Below, one piece after another: positions 1 through 12,974 of a stretch of 42,250 nucleotides of DNA. Below the pieces are notes generated by a model. It saw only the letters and a program-made list of their open reading frames with translations. It was not told the origin of the DNA and searched no databases. Both the position numbers and the translations under genes were made by a program. Source of the stretch: Phoronis australis (lineage: Eukaryota > Animalia > Phoronida); NCBI GenBank assembly GCA_002633005.1, contig NMRA01001184.1, positions 1 through 42,250 of the forward strand, in the 5' to 3' direction. Position 1 is the first letter of the stretch, and every line of letters begins with the position of its first letter.

Positions 1-255
1 TCACCTGCTGAGACGAAGAAGGTTATTGGGCCAGCAGAGAACTGCTGCGCTTGTCTCAGGTCTCTTTCCAAGTTGGCCCAGGCAAACTGGGTGCCTGCGT
101 TAGTTTTAAACAGACCGTTTTGTTATTGTTTTGCTTAAAAGGCTTGATTATCCTGTGTAATGGAAATTGATATAAATCTTTGATATTTTGTCATGTTGGT
201 TGTCCGTGTATGCATTATGCTTTTTGACGTTTCTCACCCTGAGAGGGTGGGACCA

Positions 256-722
256 CCCGTTCCAAACGCCGTAACACCATTCAAGAGTCTATTAAATACA
301 AGCCGTTACATGCTTGCAGCTCACTGTAATATATTACTACAACACATTATACACTGTAACACTCTTCAACAAGCCCGCAATGAGACGGCCTTTTCGTTGA
401 GCAACGAGAACAAGTGTGAAGTCGTGAGACCTAAGAGTTCTAGGATAGCGGTACTTTCATCTGAGGCTGCCACTTTGTAAATTCGGCGCAAAATACATAT
501 TGCCGCTAGTCTCGAAGCTGAATATAAGCCAAAATCTTGGCAACAAAAGTAAACATCGACTTGATCCCAGAGCGCACAGTAACACTCATGTAGGACTCGT
601 TGAAGAGTGTTACAGTCTATAATGCATTGTAGTAATATACATGTATTACATCATTGAGCTGCAAGCATGTAACGGCTTGCATTTAATAGACTCTTGAATG
701 GTGTTACGACGTTTGGAACGGG
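256..722. mobile_element. MITE/foldback element with ~130-bp terminal inverted repeats
   Basis: 256-384 (cccgttccaaacgccgtaacaccattcaagagtctattaaatacaagccgttacatgcttgcagctca...) is the near-exact reverse complement of 585-722. The spacer is ~200 bp with no coding capacity. Exact ends and TSD are not resolved (cctgag at 238 / ctcagg at 744 may extend it). Confidence 0.8.
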
Positions 723-749
723 ACCACCGTGGGACAGATTACCCTCAGG

Positions 750-2140
750 TTTTCTGTATTTATCAGTGGATTGCATTCGGGTTGTTTGCCTCTACCTCTT
801 ATTATTCTTTGATTTTTAAATAACTTCTGTATACTTTTATATTGCGTGTTTTCAAAAATGCCACAAACTTCATTATTGAAGTTATACTCAAAACACAATG
901 TGATCAAACCTTTTAAAATTCCTTTTATGTTTTACCAAGCCTCCGACAAGAGGAAATTTCATGCTTTTTAAAATTGTTTTACCTTCGATTTTTGTTGTTC
1001 CTTCCATAATAAGAAATACAAACTCAGACATTTCAGCTGATAAGACGTGTTGAAATGACATGATATCGGTTAGAATTGTCAATTTATGGTGAGCCTTCAG
1101 TACGTGTACCCAAACTAAGAGAAAACCTGGGGCATACACTGTAGATTATGACCCAGGTACACCAGGATGCTTCACCGAACCTAACAATTTGTTAGAGTCG
1201 GTACAGCCGCCTGGTGTTACTTGTGGAAGCAGTTTAAAAGAGCTCTGGCAGCGAACGACCAGAACGCTGCACCACATCCATGGCCACCTCCTTTCCCCCA
1301 GGTACTGAGGCGCAATTAGGACTTGTCCAATGGCGAGGTGCGGGAAATCAAGCTCTAGTATTCAGCGGCACCTCCATAAGCTCTGCAGCTTCAGAAACCG
1401 TTTTACCAAATTAAACGTTCCTGAAGTAACCGCACCACCGTAGCACATCATCAGGCGCACCTCCAAGACAGTGGAGATGAAACCCAAGTCTGAACAACAG
1501 TGACGCCTCAGGAGGTTGAAGACAAAGTCTTGGCCTTCGTGGAAAAGGGGTTGTCGGGGAACCACGCACGTGGATAACCACGACTTTACATTTGAGCCTG
1601 GCATCACTGGCACGGTCCTCCGAAAGAGTTCCTCCAAAGTCTCCTTTCGGGTGGGCAAGTCCTCCATGTCCTCCAAACCGATTTCACCTAAACCAGGTGG
1701 CTCGTTCAATAGCTGGGGGAGTAGGTCTAGAACCCAACCCTTTTAGGTGGATACCCACTACAGCTTTCTAGTCATGTGTAAAACGGAAACCTCGACGTAC
1801 TTCCAGTTTTCCACATCGCAGAAAACTGCAAGCCCATCGACAGATTTCATAGACGCCTGTGGCAGCTGGGCGGCAAGCATTTGCTGGATCGTCAACACCC
1901 TAGACCCAGAGAGTTATCGCTGCATGCGCCAAAGCTGCCGACAAGCGATCCAAATAGAAATAAGCCAGATCAGGAACAGGCCTTGATCTACATGTACCTT
2001 TAGATGTGGAAGGCGAAGCCTCAGGTGATCGTCGACCCTTTAAGGGCAGGCCAGGTGGGTTGCGGGATTATGCCGAATACGACATCGGAAGGCACGGCGA
2101 ACCAGCATCCCTCACCCCTTGTTTTGGAAGAGTGGCCCTT
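750..2140 (-). other. Degraded coding-like segment of unknown origin (probable TE relic) upstream of EF-hand copy A exon 3
   Basis: Mostly GC-richer than its flanks, with several abutting minus-strand ORF fragments (704-907, 888-1139, 1362-1709). It has no counterpart in paralogous copy B, and no motif was recognised. Confidence 0.25.
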
Positions 2141-2509
2141 CTAATCATTTCTCGTCTGAGTGGGCAATTAATTAGGGTACAATTTGGGACCAAGTTTATT
2201 AATGAAAATGGTATACGTCAAAAGCTATTGTTTGACAACAGAGGGCAGGTTTGTTGGTCATCAGAATGGAGTCCGACATTTGTCAAAGGCGTTCTTTTTC
2301 TACTAGTACTGCCATGGTCAATGATTTAAAACATCGGTTAGCCATCATCATACTGTCGTTATCCGTAATCCTCAGTTATCGTCATGGTCACCAGGAGGCG
2401 CGAAGAGCCACCTTACTCATCATCAACATCGTCACTGCCTTCTTCAATTATTAATGTCATCGCTAATAGCGCCACCAATTATTTGACTTTCGTGTTGCAT
2501 TCATTTTAG

Positions 2510-2674
2510 GGGATGGGATTCTGACCAATTCGGAGTTTATGACAGCCTGGTCCGCTTCTACCGGCATGAGCAACGGAGAGTCGCTGTTTGTGTTTAGTGA
2601 GGCTGACATGGACAACAACGGTCATTTAAGAGATGACGAAATTGTTGGAGTTTTCAGAGCATTCGAAGTCAATG
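2510..2674 (+). CDS. EF-hand gene copy A, exon 3 (GDGILTNSEFMTAWSASTGMSNGESLFVFSEADMDNNGHLRDDEIVGVFRAFEVNG)
   Basis: tcattttag acceptor and gtaagt donor flank a 165-nt open phase-1/phase-1 exon with EF-hand loop DMDNNGHLRDDE. Same length and splice sites as 17286-17450. Confidence 0.88.
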
Positions 2675-4522
2675 GTAAGTGGGGACCCGTTACGTAGTGC
2701 AAGGTTCTCTCGAATAAGATCTTGTGAGATCACCGTGCTCCGCTTGTAATGAATGGCGATATCTCGCGAGCACTTGCGGGTCGTTCTCGACTAACTCACA
2801 AGAAACTCCAACCTTACGGATCATGACCCAGACTCACNCTTGTCTTTTATCCAACGTCACGACGCAAACGCCAATTATAGACTACGCTGTATTAATACAT
2901 TCATATAAACACGCGTCCACTCAAAACTGTTGTCAACAAATAAACACCCATCGCAGCCTTCTGGCCATTTTATTTCTAGAGAAAGATTCTAAGCTTATAT
3001 TTCTCGAGGAAGCCAGACATTTCAAAAATTTACTAGTTTCTGTCCTTGACATTTCAGCCAGTATTTTATTGCCTTGAAGAGATCGCTAATGCGATAATTG
3101 TCCTGTGCAACACAACATGAACTTAGATCCAAAAGTATAAATGACGGTCGGTGACATCGGTTTTCCTGGTTGATATAGAGAAACATTTACAAAATAACAC
3201 TTAAAACCCCTGTTTTTTCATAGATTATGTGTTTTTGATCCACAGTGTGTTGCTGTGTCCGCTGCGGAACGGTGTAGTTTCTCTCAAAAATATTAATCTT
3301 GAATACAGTCCCTATTATCAAGCCTGGAGTACTTCTCAAAAACAAGGTCATTTTGTCGTTTCTTTAATAAACAATTATCTGATTCTTATACTTTTTAAAT
3401 TGTCTCGTATTTTTCATTTTCTCTATGTTTTCTGAGACAAATCGTATTACGTTGTATACAGCTCTGATAATTACTGTATGTGAATGAACTAATGGATTGT
3501 GGATATGTAATCAGAAAGCAAAGTTTTACCTCCTCAAGTTGAATATTATTGTGAAATGTGGGCAGAGCTCGCTTTTATCACTGAATTTTGATTCAAGTTA
3601 TGTCAAGTTATGTCAAGTTGTGTTTATGAGCTGTACAGAAAGTTCTAATAATGTTGATATAGTCTGGATGCGAGACTATCAACTGTATTTCTTTGTAAGA
3701 AATTAGTGTTTCCACTTGATCGACTTTCACCATTCGCAGAGGACTTTGTTCCTGTTCGACATGCCTTGTTTTGAATTGACCGTAGGCCTTGATTCAGGGT
3801 TAAATAATCGGACCTTAATTCTTAATTTTCCAAAAAACTTCCATGCGTTCTGATGTATGCGCCTGCAAATTAACTCCGATAATTCACTAATCATGATAAC
3901 ATACGTGAGGACATCACTGAATATACCTGTGATGCTTGGTGAGGAAGTTAATAGGCAAAACACATATTTACATGTATAGGATTCTGAATATTGTCAAGAT
4001 TGCAGCCCGTCTAAAACGCTTCAGGGCCACTACCTGTACATGTATCTGTACATCAATCAACAACAAAACCCAACGTACTACCACAAATTTCAAGGAATCC
4101 TTTTGTGGCCACCAGTCTGTACTGGTAAGCTTTCTACCTGTGGTTTTGGAACTGTGGGTGATGTCCACGGTGGTCACTGCATATGTATACGTATTTTGCC
4201 GTTCGAGACATGCTGGTAATACCCACAGTTTGAGAGGGCACAATTTCACTCCATCTTTTTAAAGCTCGCCATAGTTGCGGTCAATCGCCTTTAGAAGTTC
4301 TGCCAATGTGTATAGAAACGAGATTTTTAGAGTCGCGACATCAGGGTCAATTCCGTTGCCTAACTGTGCCCAGAAATCGAAAGTTGTTTTTGCGCTTGAC
4401 GGCGAGTGAATTGTCACTTTGAGGTGGCAGCTGTGTGTAGAATGAGTGAATTCGGCACCCTAACCATGACCGACAACAGGGCTCTCTACGTACTCTACCT
4501 ACGAATGCTCTTTTGCTTACAG

Positions 4523-4569
4523 GCGATGGACAGGTCAGCAAGTCAGAGTACGACGCAGTTTGGGCAATT
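4523..4569 (+). CDS. EF-hand gene copy A, exon 4 (GDGQVSKSEYDAVWAI)
   Basis: ttttgcttacag acceptor and gtgagt donor; phase matches exon 3 and completes loop EVNGDGQVSKSE. Conserved with 14333-14379. Confidence 0.85.
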
Positions 4570-5624
4570 GTGAGTATACCTATTCATACATGCTTTTCGC
4601 AATGACAGTTTTCGCGAAGTTGAAGAGATCATTCAAACATATGGTTTTCAAAAAAAAACTTAGTGTTTCTCTAGTACGCGACCTTATTACATGTAAGTAC
4701 ACGAACAAAATGGCAGCGTACTAAAACATTGGTCGGGGAAGATAGACAGGTGAATTCTATAGGCAAATCTTAGCGGAAAAACACCATTTCTATTTAACAT
4801 CTCCCTCTGTAAGTTTCTAGCAAATGAGGAGCGTTATGGACCTGGCCAGAGCAGAAAAAAACTGTTCACAGTCAAGTGCTTAAAGATAAACAAATTCAAC
4901 TGAAAGTTCTCGTCTACGGCCACGAGTGTGATGCATGAACGTACCCAGCGTCCGTGTACGTGTTATATCCACCAACAGGCGAGATTCTTGTGTACAAACT
5001 TTTGCCATATCCGTGCTTCTTCTACATGTATGTCCACGGAAAAGTGAGAAGAGTAACAAATACTAAGTTGTCACCACCACAACACACGCAACGCTTCACC
5101 ATTCTTATTGTACCATAAATCACGGGAAAACGAGCAGCAATATCTGACGACTTTCCACACTAAACACATAGGAGGATGTCTGAGTGCTGCAACTGATGTT
5201 CCCAATTTTATGGAGCATGTATCGACAAATAAATCCTCGTAATGTACCTGTACTCGATATCGGTGAAAATTAATAACATATCGCCATACACTGTTTTGGG
5301 TGTTGTAGTTTGACACCTGATCGACAGGTGGGGTTGTTTTGTGGTGGTTTTTGGTATGAAATTTGTGTTCTTAGGCTAAGGACCAGCCCGTATGGTTTCT
5401 AGTTTTAGGCACTTAAGGCGCAATTGAAATAGTCTTTCGCTTGTTCGCGCTTTGGCGTGATCTCAGTGATAGTTCACTTGAGGAAACTGAGCCATCGGTA
5501 CACCAGGCGATATCAGAAATCCAATGAGACATATTGTAGGAATATAATCTGAAAATGCGCGTGCATATTCATGTACAAAATATAATCTGCAGTTATAAAT
5601 CAGCGCGTTGATATGGTAAAAGTA

Positions 5625-5860
5625 AGAATTACTTAGTCTTTTTACACGCCATATGTCAGTCAGTCACAGCACGAGACCTACAGTTCAGTCTTACCTAAAC
5701 TATAAGAATTATTAGTCTTTTTACACGGAGTCATATGTCAGTCAGTAACATTACGTGACCTACAGTTCGGTCTTACCCAAGCTGTAGAAATTATTAGTCA
5801 TTTTACACGTCATATGTCAGTCAGTCACATCACGTGGCCTACACTGAGTTAAGTCTTTTG
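5625..5860. repeat. ~80-bp tandem repeat, about 3 units
   Basis: The unit ttagtctttttacacg..catatgtcagtcagtcaca..acg..acctaca starts at 5633, 5712 and 5794. It has 2 units in copy C (~34005-34165) and inverted units in copy B (~12425-12590, ~12800-12840). Confidence 0.85.
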
Positions 5861-8041
5861 GCAGACTTACAAATACCAGTTCAACGCGCAGTTATATAAC
5901 ATAACAGCTGTATCAAAGATTACATTTTGTTGATTCAAATTGGATGCACCTGTGATTTGACGTCAGTAGTCTGGCAAAGTCGCCGATCACGCTTCCAAAC
6001 ATTTGGCAATGCTTGCTGAACAAGAGGAGTTGTCAAACATATGCTAAACACTTGAAGATTGACACTTGTTACAGTGTAGTAGTTTGAGTAACCTGAACAT
6101 TGTTAATTGGCTGAAACAAAGCTTAAAGTGCTTTGCTGCTTACATGCTGCTCGAAGGTTTTAATAATGGACGCTACGTAAGCCAGTCTGAATTTATTTAC
6201 TCAAAACGTCCTGAGGACCAGCGATCCTAAAGGGAATTTCATCGCCAAAACTATGAGTTATCGCGTTTTTCTTTTAATCAAACTGAATGTTGAAACGGAC
6301 GGTACCGTATGTGACAGGAAATTGGTCATATACTGTCACGCTGGTCAGGTTGGCACGTCTCTGGATTTTGACTTTCACAATTGAAATGCAAGATATGCTA
6401 TAATTTCTCTTTTCTAGATCCTCTCTAGAATGCCATGATGTTCCTGAAGCGCTAGGACAGGCTCGCGGGTGGTGTTCTTGAGGCAATATCACGTAATTAA
6501 TTATACAATTTCTGTGATATTCTGTCAGTAATAAATTATCAACCATACATGTATTTGTCATTGTGTAGATAAGAACTTAAACGACGTTCAACGGACATGA
6601 CGAAGGCCCGTAGGAAGGCAAAAATTGGGGGTGAGCACAAATCCTCAGCCCTCATCGCCACCAACTCCGCCACCATCCCCCGCCCCGTGCCCCCGATGCC
6701 ACGTCCGCCCTAGGTTGGGGACAATCCCGGGGATGCAGCCATCAAGAGTTTAGTAACCGTAAACCAACATGGAGAGTAAGAATAGGCCTAGGACCAGTAA
6801 ACTAACCGGTAGCGAAAAGTTGCCTCAAGTAGCTATAGCTGAGATCTAACAGTGTGAAAATAAGAAATTCCTGATGAACTAAAGCTACATGTAATTGCTG
6901 GTCAGCTCAGCTGTGATTCACTTGAGACAGGCAGCTCGTACCGGCCGTCGGCGCTCGCTCTAAGGTCGAGATTCGTTTTATTGTGATCCAGCATCGGGAA
7001 AACTTTATTTTATTATGGTCATTCTTTAAAGGAGTTTTTTGAAAAGGTGAGGTACCGCGGTCTCTAGTATAGTGCCTTTGGGGGTATTTCAAAATCTATC
7101 GTTGAAACACGACCGGCAATCCAGTTTCTGGTGGTTGGGGAAAATGGTACAGAGTGTTTCCCAAAAATGTACACACTTCAGCGCTTGACTGAAGTTCAAT
7201 TCCCGTGGATCCCTGAGATTCTGCGCGGACCTAATGCATGGTTATATTTATATTTTTAGCGTGGGTGCGTCAGCCATCACGTGCACGGGAATTGGGCAAG
7301 CAAACAATTCAGTTTTGAAGAAAAAAAATCCATTGCTCAATACCACGAGAAAATAAAAACACCAAGAAGGAAGTACAAAGACAACCTTTCCAAGCAATGA
7401 GTTAATTTTATTTACATGTATTTAAGGACTTTTAAAGCTTTTTTCGATCCACGGTTTGTGAGTCTGAATTTCATCAATCTCTTCTAAGTCTAGTTTACTA
7501 TTTGGGGATCGGATTACACTTTTTCCAACTATGTTTATAGGCTGCAATTAAATTCATTGAAATATAATCGTTTTTTAGAAGATTGGCTTCTAATTGTCAA
7601 AAATCATCTACGAATCTATCGATTTCTGTAGATCCATAATCAGGTAAAATCGAGACCAACGAATTCGTTTATCAAAACGAAATGTTATAAGCAATTTCCG
7701 TAGGCATGCTCGCAGATTTTTGACGGGTAACAAGCAGAATATGGGAGATGGGGCATTCGCAATAAGGTATATATTTGCTCATTTCATAAGTACATGAACC
7801 TATAACGGATCACGAGGTAGATTGAACTCCACTGACAAAAAACGCTCAAAATCATTGTTTATGATTGCGAGAGTTCTTTGAGTACACCCTTTCGACATGT
7901 GCGCGGTCGTCAGAAATAGTAGCATAGGCGCGGTCGTCAGAAATAGTAGCATAGGCAGCAGGGTTTTCCACGTCGGCGTGGAAATTACTTCCAAACAAAT
8001 CATAGTAACCATGCACGCACCCAGGGGGGCTCGGGGGCTCG

Positions 8042-8220
8042 CACAAATTTACTGATGCGTTTCAATACGCCAATTTTCTTAGACACCTTTTTCGAGATAT
8101 AACCAACGTGGTGAGAGAATTTTAAGGCTTTGGTCATATATTGGTCCTAGATGTTTAAAGGAAATCACGTTCTCAATTGGACTTCCATCAGTACTCAATG
8201 ACAGGGTTAGCTTTCTAGGT
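8042..8220 (-). mobile_element. Short non-LTR retrotransposon RT C-terminal fragment
   Basis: Translates (with a frameshift) LSTDGSPIENVISFKHLGPIYDQSLK...KKVSKKIGVLKRISKFV, the typical FKYLG/thumb region of LINE RTs (CR1/L2/Jockey-like). Confidence 0.65.
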
Positions 8221-9204
8221 CTTTCGATAGAGGTCAATCCTATTGTATTTTGTTCACATTTTTCGTTTGTTTGGGTCAAATGTCTTGATACTGCTGTGCT
8301 GGGCACGAATGTATTGTATGTTTTTGATGACTTTGGAATCTCAAATTCCCTCGTGAATACTTAGCAGTGTCGTTTTTACATGTATAGAGGGACAAAAGGA
8401 CATTTCCCCCGAACTGCTTCACCGAGAGAGGGTCCCGTCTGAAATGGGACACCTTAAGATGAAAGGCTAAACATCATTAAGCTTGGAAAACGAGTGACAG
8501 TGCATTCCACCTTCGTGTGGTCCCAAAACGATGCAGGAGGTGGTGGTGACCTTCAACATGAAAGCCGGTTGCACGACTTCACTAAAAAGCAGCACAGTGG
8601 AGGTAATCGACTCCAACATTAGGCCCCCTCTTTGAGTGCGGCCCCTTTAGAATGTGTCAATAAAATACAAAAGGGTGTCCGCTTCAATTTCATCAATACT
8701 CTCCTTCAAGGGCAGGGCCCTTCAATATGAAAATATCTAATTTTTTTCGAAAATCAGGAAATGCGGAGCAATTGATGTTATCTGTCAGGTTATCAATTTT
8801 TCTGAAGTGATAAACAGATTCGACAAAATGTAAAGCGAATATTGTCTCCGTTATCCTTTAGCAGAGAGGGTCCTCTAGAAAAAAATGGCCTATTGAATTT
8901 AAAAATCAAATAAATTAGTACGTTCTGCAAGAGCTTCGCTTTACAAACTTTCTCGACTTTTCGAAATATATGTACGAATAGTAATGATCACGTGCACAGT
9001 ATCAAGTGCGTTTAGACGACCTGTGCTGCAAAAGCGGAGCGCCTAACAATGTCCTGGCCAGGGTCCTTGAAAGGTAAACCATGCGCTGTTGTTAAATATT
9101 CTCTTAGAATTTTCTCTCTTATCCATATTTCCATATTTCGCAGTTTTTCTTTTCTCTATTGTCCCCAACCCCACTTTTATGTCGGTTGCCACGGTTTAAC
9201 CCTN

Positions 9205-10002
9205 ACAAATCTTGCTATCATCGATATGGTCGTTGAGTGTCTCAGAGACCCATAACCGTAGTGCCCAAGGCTCGTAGACAACATCTCGTGATATGGGAAA
9301 GAATCCGCGTAATGTTGGGCCACAGTTGTTCGAATTAGCCTTAATCAGTTGTACGGCTTCTCCGCTGACGTCAAACAAACTGCTGTTACCTCGTCGATAG
9401 GCTTTCAGTGAAAAGTCTTTGCCGTCCTTTTGCACCAGGAACACACGATTAAGAGCCCCATGACCAAGGAGGAATGGTTTCCTGTGGTAGTACGCGTATT
9501 TATACTTGCCGTAATCTGGAACTACGTTCTCGAGTATAAATGCACAAGGCTGTTCTTCTGAGCTTATCTCGACGTCGTGTGATTGTAGTTTTGGTGCTGG
9601 GGACATTGTTGCAGGACTGCGAACTCGCTGTTTAATGAGCATGAAAAATTTGTCTTATATTTCTTGATCACCATCGGGAAGTTGGCTTGTTTTCTTGGCA
9701 TTCTCATCGCGCGTTTTATTTTTATGGTGAAATGTCTTGACATAACCTTTAGAACGTAACAGCCTAGATGCGTTTGCACCTATGTTTCTAGTTGTCAGCT
9801 GTTTTCGTGCATTCTCTAGTTGACCTGAAGACACGGTGTTCGTGTTTTTCTTCGGGGGAAATGCGCTTCTTTTATTGCTATACAAGTGGACAAGGGACGT
9901 CTTGGGTTTTAACATCAATTTATTGTCTCCTTTATTTTGTGTCCTCGGGTTGGACTCCCGCTTAGTATTGTTAACAATTGTAGTACCACGCTTATGCCCC
10001 AT
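9205..10002 (-). pseudogene. Intronless protein kinase pseudogene, copy 1 (catalytic lobe deleted)
   Basis: LLGHGALNRVFLVQKDGKDFSLK (Gly-loop and beta3 Lys) and EAVQL (helix C Glu). Broken at ~9655, and lacks 482 bp present in copy 2. Confidence 0.7.
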
Positions 10003-12974
10003 TTAGAATCTCAAAACACAGTTGGTAAGTTATATAAAAAATTGAAGAGGCTGGTCGTACACGTACGTGTTATGTCCACCTATGTTGAGCTAACAACTAC
10101 CGGAGTCCCACAGGTTACATACTTTTGCAGTACGGAAATCCCAGTGCTGTCACAACATTTCAAGATTTGGGACTTTAGTTTTCAGGTGCCTCAAGTATGC
10201 ATTTTGGTATTTCATACCACTTACTTATTTCTCTTCCTGTCACTCAGTGCGCGTGACACAACCAGATCATCTAGAACTATTGAATTTCGTAGGAGTGACG
10301 TCACACTATTCAAGTCTGGGTAGAGTTCAGTACTTTGTCATGCGGATAGAAAAATCAAGCCATAATCACGTGTTCTCTTTTATAATACACGGCGGTATAT
10401 CACGTAATCTCTTGATTTTCAGCGAGGTCCTAGCGTTACTGAACTCTATCCTGGTCTGCCAAATGTGACTACTTGCAGCTTACGAAAGCTTCCCCAGAAT
10501 ATGTAGGTTTGCCTCATACTATGATAAATTTATAGATCCTCGGGTTCATGATTTAAAGTTGATAGCTCGAAGTATCAAAATGCTCTTATTTCCGAACAGC
10601 TGACTTTAGCAATCAGTGAAACGCCAAAGTCTAGAATGGTAGTTGGGGAAGACAGGTAAATTTAGAAAATTTCATTCCCCTCTCAGGGCCTCCTTCACGA
10701 TCTGTCTGGATTGTGGTCACCCAAAAAATCCTATAATATGGATGTGTGGTAGATCATCGATGCATTGACGATTGAAAAATCCGTAACCTTGTTTTGCAAG
10801 AAGAATCCTCATATCAGTAAGTACACTATATACTCAAGTGTTTACATGTACTATACGACCCGCTCACTGTTTGTAGAGAAGATTTTCAGATAAACTTAAG
10901 TTCTTAAAAAAAATCTCTTTGTTCTCAAACAACCGCACGGATAATGTGGATGACAAAACCAATGCGATGAAGTGCGCTGTCGTAAAAAACTACATTTTCC
11001 CGTCATGACCTGTGGGCTGAGACAGCGTCGGACTCAACCGTGAATATACAAACAGCAATGGATTTCATGGCTGACATTGCTGAACAAGGGGTTATTTTTT
11101 CATAATGGTATTTTATTTCGATTTTGATCTACTTGTTAATTAACAGTAGCTGCGTCCACTAACATAGTCACTTTACCGATACATTTATTAACATTAGGCT
11201 TACTAACTGTATAGACAGACTAATTGTGGTGAAGTGTTATCTATAGAGTTGATTGTTCTCTACCAGAAAAAATTGTATCTCTTCGGGCGATAAACTTACT
11301 ATCTCTATTGATGCACTTGGCTTTAATATTTATTTGGATAGGCTTGCTATCTTGTTCTGTAGACTCTGTTGATAGAGTTAGGTATACCAATAATCAGTGC
11401 CATGACAAAAAGATGGGTTGAAACACGTGTCCGTTGAAAGCTGTTTTCTTTTTCACACAACGACAAACATGGGTGATAATTTTTTATTGACAGAACATCA
11501 CAGAAATGGTATAATTAACTGCGTGATATTGCCGCAAGAAAACCACCCGCGAACCTGTCCAAGCGCTTCAGGAACTTCATGGCAATATTCCACCTAGGAT
11601 CTAGAAAAGAGTAATTAAGGCGTGTCTTGCATTTCACTTGAGAAGATGAAAATCCAGGGAAGTCACTGCTAACCTAAACAAGCGTGGCAGGACTTAACTG
11701 TTTCCTGCCGTATACGATACTGTCCGTTTCAACATTCAGTTCGACAAAAGAAAACTCATAAAAACTCATAATTTTGGAGATGAAGTTCTCTTTTGGAGTC
11801 GCCAGTGCTCAGGACGTTTAAAGTCCTTGTCTAAAAATGCCAATGTGGTTCCAGTATCCGAAAATACTTACTAAATAAAATCTTATTTTTGATACTCTTT
11901 CGTTATATTATTTTCTCCTTTCTTGCCAAAAGCGATTTTTTAACAGTATTTAACCCTCCTGTGTGAGCTTATACATGTAATTACCGGCAGTCATCAGTTA
12001 TTTCCGTACCCACATTTCCATAATCGTAATGTTGACAATGAAGTCCCCTTCATGAGTCGCTAGTGCTCAGGATGTTTTTAAGGATTTAGACTGGCCTAAG
12101 TTACATCCATTCAAGCCTTCAAGCAGATAAGCAGCAAAGCACTTAAAGCCGTGTTTTAGCAAATTAACGACGTTTAGGTGACACAAATCTTTGAATCAAT
12201 CTACCACACTGTAACAAGTGCCAAACTTCAATTCTTTGGAACAAGTTTGACAACTCCTCTTACTCAGCAAGCATTGTTAAATGTTTGGAAGCGTTAATCG
12301 GCGAGTTTGCCAGACTGCTTACGTCAAATCACAGGTGTATAAAACTTAGATTTTAAATTTGAATTAACAAAACTTAATCTATGATGTTATAAAACTGCTC
12401 GTTGATATGGTACATGTATTTGTAAGTCTGGGTAAGATTTAACTCGTTGTAGGCCACATGATGTGACTGACTGACGTGTGGCGTGTAAAAAGACTAATAA
12501 TCCTTACAATTTAGGTAAGACCGAGCAGTAGGTCACGTGATGGGACTGACTGACATACATTTATGACGTGTAAAAAGACTAATAATTCATACATTTACCA
12601 TATCAACGCGCTGGTTTATAACTGTATTTTATATTATGTACATGTATATGCACTCTCAATTTTAGGTAATGTGCCAGCAATAAATCTCATTGGATTTCTG
12701 ATATCAGCTGGCGTATATAGCTCAGTTGAAGAGAGCGTCGGCACCAGTAGCAGGAAATCCGTGGACATGTGAATTCGTGCCCAGTCTAACAATAGGTGGC
12801 GTGATGTGACTGACATGCTGTTTAAGAAAACTAATAATTTTTACTGATTATAATCTACTGTATCATATTTAGATTTTGGTGGAAAAATTAATGGAAGACT
12901 GCTTCTCGATCAAGCCGTAAACATCGAGTTTTTCAAAGAGATTTGAATTATAAATTTTCGCAAGTTGGCGGCGG

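Larger units (their letters stand above)
2140..6597 (+). repeat. Left arm of long inverted duplication (partner 11426-17835)
   Basis: Collinear reverse-complement matches throughout, e.g. caagtttattaatgaaaatggtatacgtcaaaagctattg (2191) vs 17745-17785, both EF-hand exons, and gttcaacggacat (6586) vs gtgtccgttgaa (11427). Confidence 0.9.
4590..11050 (+). repeat. ~6.4-kb direct segmental repeat, copy 1 (partner 33011-39380)
   Basis: Near-continuous high identity from atgcttttcgcaatgacagttttcgcgaag to ggactcaaccgtgaatatac; ORF translations are duplicated (e.g. 9655-10002 vs 37740-38324). Confidence 0.93.

Noticed and set aside
2330-2460. Hydrophobic/His-rich ORF (2251-2454)
   Set aside because: Derived from a degenerate (CAT/CGT)n intronic tract, mirrored at ~17490-17640.
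5625-5860. Repeats resembling a CRISPR array
   Set aside because: Whole ~80-bp units are repeated with no unique spacers, the context is eukaryotic, and there are no cas genes.
7901-7957. In-frame 27-bp tandem duplication (AYATISDDR x2)
   Set aside because: Local slippage in copy A only; no evidence that the frame is functional.
9937-10468. Plus-strand ORFs conserved in both repeat copies (also 38268-38931)
   Set aside because: Conservation is explained by recent duplication; no motifs, and they partly overlap the kinase start in antisense.
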